Shown here: positions 57,133-64,000 of the stretch, piece after piece
Position numbering within the stretch: position 1 is the first letter of the stretch
Layout of the letters: every line of letters begins with the position of its first letter
Assembly: GCA_040377305.1 (NCBI GenBank)
Contig: JBEIPA010000013.1
Span: forward strand, 1 to 64,000
DNA from: Flavobacteriales bacterium
GTDB lineage: Bacteria > Bacteroidota > Bacteroidia > Palsa-965
Length of the DNA stretch: 64,000 nucleotides
Direction of reading: 5' to 3'
Program-made: the position numbers and the translations under genes
Notes under the pieces: model-generated
The model's input: only the letters and a program-made list of their open reading frames with translations
Databases searched by the model: none
Told to the model about the DNA's origin: nothing

Positions 57133-59685
57133 TTATTCCTGTTCGGTGTTTTGTTGAATGGTCAGCTTTTGCGAATCAATATCTTCTTCTTCGTCGTAAA
57201 TCTCAATAAGAGGCTCTTTCATCAACGCGCGTGTTGCGTTCCACTTCTCCAGGGAGAGTAAGATGCATGGCAACAAAACGAGATTGGTAATGAGTGACAC
57301 CAGAAGTGTTATCGACAAAAGTATTCCCAATGCAACTGTCCCTCCGAATCCGGAGAAAATGAAAATTGCAAAACCGAAGAAGAGAATGACATTGGTGTAA
57401 ATCATGCTCAGGCCGGTTTCTTTGATAGCCAGACTAACAGCTTGTGATGCGCGAGCGGCAGAAAGTTTTCTGAGCTGCGATCGGTATTCGGTTAGAATGT
57501 AGATCGTACCATCAGATGCAATTCCGAAAGCAATCGAGAAAATCAGAATGGTCGACGACTTGAATGGAATCCCGCAATAGCCCATAATACCAGCTGTCAT
57601 GACCAACGGAATCAGACAAGGCAACTTCGACAGAACAATAATAGCTACGGAACGGAAAAGAATCATTCCGATAAGAAGGATCAAACCGATTGCGATCGAC
57701 AACGACACGAATAAGTGGTGCACGAGATAATCGAAGCTGCGCAGGAACATTAATGAATGTCCGGTAAGATCGATCTTGTAATAGCTTGACGGGAAAAGTG
57801 AATCGATAATCGGCACAATTCGTGCGGCAATTTTCTTCGCACTATCAGAACCAACATCGGCCATCTGAATGCTAACGCGTGTCGACATGCGCGAACTGTC
57901 GATGAACGAATTCAGTCGTCCTTGCTGACCTTTCACTGTGCCACTGTAATCGGCAAGCGCTTTCAGATCAACAACGTTGTTTGGTAAGCGATATGCTTTT
58001 GGCTTCCCGTCTTTGTAAGCCTGATATGAGAACTTCAGTACTTCAACAACAGAAACTGGTTTCGAGAAAGCTGGAATTGAAGTGATGAATCGTTGCAGGG
58101 AATCAATGTTCTTCAACACTTGTCCCTCCTGATCAAACAGATTACGTGGACCCAGCGTGTCTTTCGCAAAGTCATTCGGATCGAGCGTCCATCCGTTTTT
58201 CGCGTACACAGCCTTGATGCTGTCGTTCAAACGAGGCTTCACCTCAATGGCAACTTCGAAAGGAAGAATTCCATTGAAGTGATGTTCAAAGAATTTCAAA
58301 TCGACATACATCGGTTCGTCTTGCGGAAGATCATCTACCACATAACCAACAACGGAAATAAACTTGAATCCGAATGCCGAAATAAGTGTAACAATGGCCA
58401 CACCGAGGTAAATTTTCTTGCGGTGATTGTGAACGAGATGATTTACCAGATCGAGAATGCGATTGATGCGTTTTCCTTCCAGGTGACGACCCTGCTTCGC
58501 TTTCGGCGCAGGCAGGTAGCTGAAGATAATTGGTGTGAGAAAGAGTGCAACGAAATAGGTGATCATGACGTTCACAGCAGCAATTACACCGAACTGAACA
58601 AGCATATCACTCTTGGTAAAGTAGAAAACGCCAAAACCAATTGCTGTAGTTAAGTTCGCGAGCAAATTCGAAAGACCAACTTTTTGCACCATGCGGGCAA
58701 GTGCTTTCGTTTTTTGTCCGTGATGCGCGTATTCTTCCTGATACTTATTAATTAAGAAAATACAGTTCGGTATTCCTATGATTACAATCAACGAAGGAAT
58801 CATCCCGGTCAGAACTGTGATCTTGTAACCAAACAACGCCATTGTGCCCAGTGAGAAAATCAGTCCAACGATTACAACAACCAACGAGAAGAATGTTGCG
58901 TTGAAGTAGCGGAAGAAGACGAAAAGTATAAGTGCAGTTACGCCAATTGATAAGAAGAGAAACAACTGCATCTCACCGCCAATTTTCTGCATGTATTGCG
59001 TTCGTATGTGCGGCATCCCCGAAACGTGCATCGCACTTAATTCCGAATCTTCAATAGTACCGTCATTATCCGCGTCAACTCCTGTTTCCGGAATTTTGTA
59101 ATTCGTTGCATACGCTTCACCGAGCGCATTAATCTGATTTACTATTGCAACACGATCTTTAGCGTGAAGGACTTCCTGTGTAAACGTGATGACCATTACA
59201 GTCGCCATCGTTTCTTTATTAATGATCAACCCTTCGTAAAACGGTAAACGCCAGATTTGTCTCTTCAGGCTATCAACTTCCTCTTGTGTAGTTGGCCGAT
59301 TTTGAACAACCTGCACGATATCGAATTTTGTGCTGTCATCATCGCGTACAACATTGTATAAACGCGCAGTCGACATTACTTCCTGCACACCTTCGATCTT
59401 GCGAACGTTTTCTGTCAAGTCATACCATCCCTGATACTTGCTGAGTGTAAACATGGTACTGTCCTGAAAAGTCAGGAGCATCACGTTTCCGTCTTCACCA
59501 TATTTCGCTTTAAACTTTTCGTAGGCGATGGCCATTTCATCGTCTTCCGGCAGAACACGCGCGTACTTGTACGAAAGCTCAAGGTGTCCGCTCGCCCACC
59601 AACCCATAAACCCTGTGAGCAAGAGGATAATGATGAGAAGAGGAACGCGTTGACGAAGAATGAAATGCGAAAGTTTTGCCCACAT
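57133..59685 (-). CDS. MMPL/RND family transporter
   Basis: Two repeats of a periplasmic domain plus TM bundle; [19 protein letters not shown]. Confidence 0.92.
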   Translation of the reverse strand: MWAKLSHFILRQRVPLLIIILLLTGFMGWWASGHLELSYKYARVLPEDDEMAIAYEKFKAKYGEDGNVMLLTFQDSTMFTLSKYQGWYDLTENVRKIEGVQEVMSTARLYNVVRDDDSTKFDIVQVVQNRPTTQEEVDSLKRQIWRLPFYEGLIINKETMATVMVITFTQEVLHAKDRVAIVNQINALGEAYATNYKIPETGVDADNDGTIEDSELSAMHVSGMPHIRTQYMQKIGGEMQLFLFLSIGVTALILFVFFRYFNATFFSLVVVIVGLIFSLGTMALFGYKITVLTGMIPSLIVIIGIPNCIFLINKYQEEYAHHGQKTKALARMVQKVGLSNLLANLTTAIGFGVFYFTKSDMLVQFGVIAAVNVMITYFVALFLTPIIFSYLPAPKAKQGRHLEGKRINRILDLVNHLVHNHRKKIYLGVAIVTLISAFGFKFISVVGYVVDDLPQDEPMYVDLKFFEHHFNGILPFEVAIEVKPRLNDSIKAVYAKNGWTLDPNDFAKDTLGPRNLFDQEGQVLKNIDSLQRFITSIPAFSKPVSVVEVLKFSYQAYKDGKPKAYRLPNNVVDLKALADYSGTVKGQQGRLNSFIDSSRMSTRVSIQMADVGSDSAKKIAARIVPIIDSLFPSSYYKIDLTGHSLMFLRSFDYLVHHLFVSLSIAIGLILLIGMILFRSVAIIVLSKLPCLIPLVMTAGIMGYCGIPFKSSTILIFSIAFGIASDGTIYILTEYRSQLRKLSAARASQAVSLAIKETGLSMIYTNVILFFGFAIFIFSGFGGTVALGILLSITLLVSLITNLVLLPCILLSLEKWNATRALMKEPLIEIYDEEEDIDSQKLTIQQNTEQE

Positions 59686-59838
59686 AATAATCTGCCCGCC
59701 GTACGGGAATGCTAGAGCCGGTAAATTTAGGAAATTTAAGGGGGTAAGGGTCGGAAAATTACCCCAAATAACGACCTGTTTTAGAGGTCTTTATGAATTC
59801 ACTTACAACTAATTACGCTTGCAATTGATTAAGTAGCT

Positions 59839-61035
59839 TTGATGACTGTGAATCGAGAGCAATCCACCAAGCCAAATTTGTTCCAGATCTTTCTCCTCTT
59901 CCTGAAAATGGGAGCAACAGCGTTTGGCGGAAATGTGGCGTTGGTTGCTGCAATCAGAACTGAAATCGCCGACAAAAAAAAGTGGGTGAGCGACACAGAG
60001 ATTCTGGATCTCATGATTGTCGGGAATATTTTGCCGGGACCTCTCGCAACCAATGTTGTTTTTGCAATTGGAAAAATTCTTCACGGAGTTGCTGGCGCAT
60101 TCGTGGCTTTGTTCGCGGTGCTACTTCCATCTTTTATCCTTATGTGCGTTTTGTCGTGGGCGTATTTTCAAATCGGCACCAATGATCACGTAACATCCAT
60201 CATGAACGGAATTATTCCTTGCGTTTCGGGAATCATCGCTGCTACTGCATGGAATCTCGTGAAGAAAAATGTAAAAGGCGTGTTGCAATACATCATCGTT
60301 GTTGCAGCTGCAGGCGCAATGTTGTACTGGCACGGATTTTATCTCACACTAATTATCGTTGGTGCTTCAGCCATTATCGGTCGTGCATTTTTCTATTCGA
60401 AGCGGGAAGTAAAACCAGTCGTGCAAAGTGAAAGTCTTCGTATGGTTTTTGTTTTGCCCACGATTGTTATTCTCCTTTTTTCGGGAATTTACTTTCTCCC
60501 CGACATCAACATTGTCGTGACTAACACGAAGTCGGTTGCGCTCACATTTGGTACGATGAGTGTTACGCTTTTCGGTGGTGGATATGTTTTCGTACCAGCG
60601 ATGGAAGCCGTAGTTGTCGACAAAATGCTTTGGATGACTTCACGACAATTTTCAGAAGGAATTGCACTCGGTCACGCAACCCCGGGGCCAATCATGATCA
60701 GCTCTGTATTTGTTGGCTGGAAAGTTTCCGGATTCTGGGGAGCTCTCGCAGCAGCACTTGCGTTGTTCATTCCACCTGCAGTGGTCATGTACGTCGCACA
60801 ACATTTCATGCAGAAGATCAAAACGAACGACGGTGCAGAAGCTGCATTCAAAGGTGTGCGTCCTGCCGTTATCGGAATGATTGCGGCTTCCGTTTGGATC
60901 ATTTTCTCGAGCGGAACATTGAGCATTCCTGCTTTTGTCATCTTCGCGGTATCCTGTGCCTTGTGTATCTGGAAAAACCCTGAGTCGATTTTACTCGTGC
61001 TTGGAGCTGCGGTGGCAGGTTGGGTGATCTGGTAA
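59839..61035 (+). CDS. chrA: Chromate ion transporter (long-chain CHR family)
   Basis: GATAFGG, LPGPLA, LFGGGY, TPGPI motifs in two halves. Confidence 0.92.
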   Translation: MMTVNREQSTKPNLFQIFLLFLKMGATAFGGNVALVAAIRTEIADKKKWVSDTEILDLMIVGNILPGPLATNVVFAIGKILHGVAGAFVALFAVLLPSFILMCVLSWAYFQIGTNDHVTSIMNGIIPCVSGIIAATAWNLVKKNVKGVLQYIIVVAAAGAMLYWHGFYLTLIIVGASAIIGRAFFYSKREVKPVVQSESLRMVFVLPTIVILLFSGIYFLPDINIVVTNTKSVALTFGTMSVTLFGGGYVFVPAMEAVVVDKMLWMTSRQFSEGIALGHATPGPIMISSVFVGWKVSGFWGALAAALALFIPPAVVMYVAQHFMQKIKTNDGAEAAFKGVRPAVIGMIAASVWIIFSSGTLSIPAFVIFAVSCALCIWKNPESILLVLGAAVAGWVIW

Positions 61036-61037
61036 AT

Positions 61038-61233
61038 GGAACACGGATTTAAATGCCCTTTGTTTTCTAAGTGCTCGCTCGGATGCCTTCAGTAAATACA
61101 TCGCTCAGGTATTGGATTTTATGAGATAAACCCAAAACGTATCTCATAAGATCTGATTCCCCGATTCGCTATCCACCGTGCTAATCCGGGCGATGAACTA
61201 ACACGCCGCGTTCCAATTCAAAATCCGCGTTCC
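61038..61233. repeat. About 196-bp non-coding element with terminal inverted repeats and an internal hairpin
   Basis: GGAACACGGATTT..AAATCCGCGTTCC (12/13 complementary); inner ttatgagata..tatctcataa stem at 61114-61154. Confidence 0.6.
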
Positions 61234-61260
61234 TTTTTTCGCTGTATCTTAGCGCTTCCA

Positions 61261-62286
61261 ATGAAACAAGCCATCCAATTCATAGGAACTCAACGTTCAG
61301 GATCGAATCTTTTGCGCGTCATGCTCAATCAGCATCCGCAAATATCGGCGCCTCATCCTCCGCATATATTGCAGGTGATCATGCCCTTGCTTCCAATGTA
61401 TGGCGATCTTCAAATCGAAACATCATTTGAAAAATTGGTGAATGATGTGTGCACGCTGGTCGAGAAAAATCCTGTGAACTGGTCGGTGAAATTTGACCGG
61501 GGTGCAATCCGGGAAATGTGCGCGAACAATTCGTTACCACAAATCATGCGCGCAATTTATTTCACAAAAGCAAAATTGAAAAACGCTTCGTGGTGGTGCT
61601 GCAAGAGCATGGCGAGTGTTCACTACGCAAAGGAAATCGAGGCAAGCGGAATTCATCCGGTGTATTTGTTTCAGTATCGCGATGGAAGAGATGTTGCCTG
61701 TTCGTTTCGTAAAGCTGTAGTGGGAGAGAAGCACATGTATTTTCTCGCGAAGCAATGGAAGCACGAACAGGAATTATCAATGGCACTGCGAGAACAATAC
61801 GAAGACCGTACAATCACGGTGCAGTACGAAACATTCATGACCGATACGGAAGGAACTCTGCAAGATATTTGTGCTAAGTTGCAGCTCGACTATACTTCTG
61901 AAATGTTGAATTACGCTGACGCAGATGAATCGAAAATTACTGCTTCTTCCGGAAAAATGTGGAGCAACCTCACTAAGCCTTTGATGCGGAATAATTCAAA
62001 AAAATATCTCACAGAAATGACCCACGACGACCTGGTGATTTTTGAATCGGTTGCAGGCGACACGTTGGAGAAGTTGGGTTACGTACGCGAAATACCTGTG
62101 AGTCTCCTTAGGAAATACACGGATGATGACGTGAAACAATTCGCCGTACATAACGCACTGTGGCAGTCGGAAGCAAAAGCTTTGGCGGTTGAAGACATGT
62201 CGAAGCGTAAAGAACAGGACACTTTTGTCGCTGAATTGAAAAAACAATTTGTTGCTTATGAAAAGTCTGGTGTTGCGCGCGCTTAG
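61261..62286 (+). CDS. PAPS-dependent sulfotransferase
   Basis: IGTQRSGSNLL (5'-PSB), YRDGRDVACS (3'-PB), VQYE. Confidence 0.9.
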   Translation: MKQAIQFIGTQRSGSNLLRVMLNQHPQISAPHPPHILQVIMPLLPMYGDLQIETSFEKLVNDVCTLVEKNPVNWSVKFDRGAIREMCANNSLPQIMRAIYFTKAKLKNASWWCCKSMASVHYAKEIEASGIHPVYLFQYRDGRDVACSFRKAVVGEKHMYFLAKQWKHEQELSMALREQYEDRTITVQYETFMTDTEGTLQDICAKLQLDYTSEMLNYADADESKITASSGKMWSNLTKPLMRNNSKKYLTEMTHDDLVIFESVAGDTLEKLGYVREIPVSLLRKYTDDDVKQFAVHNALWQSEAKALAVEDMSKRKEQDTFVAELKKQFVAYEKSGVARA

Positions 62287-63970
62287 TTTGATTCTACTTG
62301 CTTCGATGATTGTACCGAAGTTGAATGCACAGATCACGACACTGGCTTCGGTGTTCGCACCTGTTCCTTTTCTTCCGAATTCAACAATAATTCCGATTCC
62401 GGGAAGCACGATCAATTACACGCATGTGATGTTCGATCATCCGCCAGTGGACAAGGCAGTGCTCTATGGATTTTATTTAACTGAACAATCCGATAAGGGT
62501 ATTTCTACGGAGTGGAAACTCACAGACAGCACCACCTCCACGTTGATGAACGTGCTGAAATTCGGCAAGTCATACCAATGGCATTACACGGCACTGAATG
62601 CAAGGAATAAAGTGATTTTTACCTCTCCCGATTATAAATTCAGCATTGTTGCATTGCCGGCGAATAGCCGAGTTCGCGTAGTGACAAATGAGAAGGATAA
62701 GAATCAAGGCGGCTATATTTCCTTTGATTATCATTGCATGATTGCGGATCGCAATGGAAATCCTATTTGGATCTTGCCGGAGGAACCTAAGAAGGAATAC
62801 ACGCGTGATGATCGCGTTCGCGACATTCGGGTTACATCTGCAGGCACGATTACGTTTATCACAAACCGGAACGCATTTGAAGTAATGCCCGACGGAAGAA
62901 TCTCCTGGCGTGGACCAAAGAGCGGTCCAGCAACTGTTGAAGCATTGCATCATGGAGTTGAACGTTTACCCAATGGAAATCTGATGACGTTGGGAAATCA
63001 CACCGTTCGTATGCCCGTCCCTTTCGATACAGCAATTGTCCCGGTTGAGTTTGGAGTTGTTGTGGAATATGATCGCAAAGGAAGTATCGTGTGGAAATGG
63101 GATTCGTACTCGTATTTACGTCCCGCAGAAATTGAATTCAGGAAGTTATCCAGTGGGCAGTGGAATTCTTCATCACACATGAATGCATTCCGTCAGACAA
63201 CGGAAAATGGTATCGTGTATGTGTACGCTGGCTTTCGTGATCTCGACCGTCTGGTTAAAATTGAAAAGTCGAGTAGCAAGGTGGTGGGCACATACGGAAC
63301 ACAAATGAATTCCGGTTATGGCTGGAAGTACAATAATTTGTTTCATGCGCAACATGATGTTTGTCCGCTGCGCGATGGGAATATCGCAGTGTTTAATAAC
63401 GATTCATTGACTCGTGACGGAGTCATTTCTTCATTGGTCATTTTCAATCCGGTCAATTCAGCGCTTGTGTTCAGAATGACTTGCGAAGCAAAGGGAGAAA
63501 CCGACGGCAAGAGCGAAAAGTGTGGGGGAGTGGATGAGTTGCCGAATGGAAATCTACTCGTGAATTGTGGCAATGTAAATCGGACATTCGAACTTGATGC
63601 GAATCATAAAGTGGTGTGGGACGCCTACACGGAATATGCTCCTTCAGATACTTCGGGTTGGAAGCCGGCGGGACAGTATCGTTCGCACTATTGTGCTTCG
63701 TTGTATCCGGTGTGGTTTACGACCAATATCGTGAACACGACGAAGAAAATGGTCACGATGAAAATCTGGAATGAAGGTGACAATGCAGACAAGTACACCA
63801 TTCAATATATGGTTGGAAAGAGTTGGATAACACTTTCTTCCGTGGAGGTACAACCTTACAAAAGTACAACCGCGATGATTCCAAGAGTGAAAGGTGTAGT
63901 ATTCTCGAAGATCAAGGTGATTTCTGAAGCTAATCCGGATTTCTTCCGCACACTTGATGTTGTTGAATAG
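62258..63970 (+). CDS. Secreted arylsulfotransferase (ASST)-like beta-propeller protein
   Basis: Signal peptide; HHGVERLPNGN, IVWKWDS, SHMNA, AQHD, LPNGNLLV. Confidence 0.8.
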   Translation: MKSLVLRALSLILLASMIVPKLNAQITTLASVFAPVPFLPNSTIIPIPGSTINYTHVMFDHPPVDKAVLYGFYLTEQSDKGISTEWKLTDSTTSTLMNVLKFGKSYQWHYTALNARNKVIFTSPDYKFSIVALPANSRVRVVTNEKDKNQGGYISFDYHCMIADRNGNPIWILPEEPKKEYTRDDRVRDIRVTSAGTITFITNRNAFEVMPDGRISWRGPKSGPATVEALHHGVERLPNGNLMTLGNHTVRMPVPFDTAIVPVEFGVVVEYDRKGSIVWKWDSYSYLRPAEIEFRKLSSGQWNSSSHMNAFRQTTENGIVYVYAGFRDLDRLVKIEKSSSKVVGTYGTQMNSGYGWKYNNLFHAQHDVCPLRDGNIAVFNNDSLTRDGVISSLVIFNPVNSALVFRMTCEAKGETDGKSEKCGGVDELPNGNLLVNCGNVNRTFELDANHKVVWDAYTEYAPSDTSGWKPAGQYRSHYCASLYPVWFTTNIVNTTKKMVTMKIWNEGDNADKYTIQYMVGKSWITLSSVEVQPYKSTTAMIPRVKGVVFSKIKVISEANPDFFRTLDVVE

Positions 63971-64000
63971 TTTGAAGGCGGTCCGCGTTTGTGGCAATGC

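Noticed and set aside
1-64000. tRNA, rRNA, prophage, integrase or IS transposase
   Set aside because: None recognised by eye; tRNAscan-SE and Infernal would be needed to exclude degenerate RNAs

Overview
64 kb from a Bacteroidota genome, judged by many T9SS C-terminal sorting domains, TAnnTT(T/A)G-type -7 promoters, WG-repeat and TPR-SpoIIE proteins. 1-4.6 kb is a defence island: a partial gene plus a DUF6339-like gene converge on an EcoRII-like restriction-modification operon (vsr, controller protein with C-box operator, dcm, REase). 4.6-9.9 kb is an FN3 protein / putative polymorphic toxin / putative immunity operon. 10-47 kb is mostly secreted and surface proteins (T9SS cargo, two M43 proteases, CotH, a SprB-like protein with a beta-barrel partner, three MORN-TonB-C proteins). 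47-64 kb is more housekeeping-like (SF1 helicase, polyprenyl synthase, rfbA, MMPL, chrA, sulfotransferases). Main candidate system: a toxin-display/delivery system split over loci about 20 kb apart, whose three transcription units share an identical 28-bp motif exactly 16 nt upstream of a -7-like promoter element. Other candidates are an unannotated micro-ORF operon with a leader peptide and terminator (40.6-41.6 kb) and a set of inverted-repeat-bounded cassettes carrying GxxExxY, a four-helix-bundle gene, a micro-peptide, or nothing. No tRNA, rRNA, CRISPR array, integrase or transposase was recognised. All family assignments are from motif recognition by eye, not database searches.
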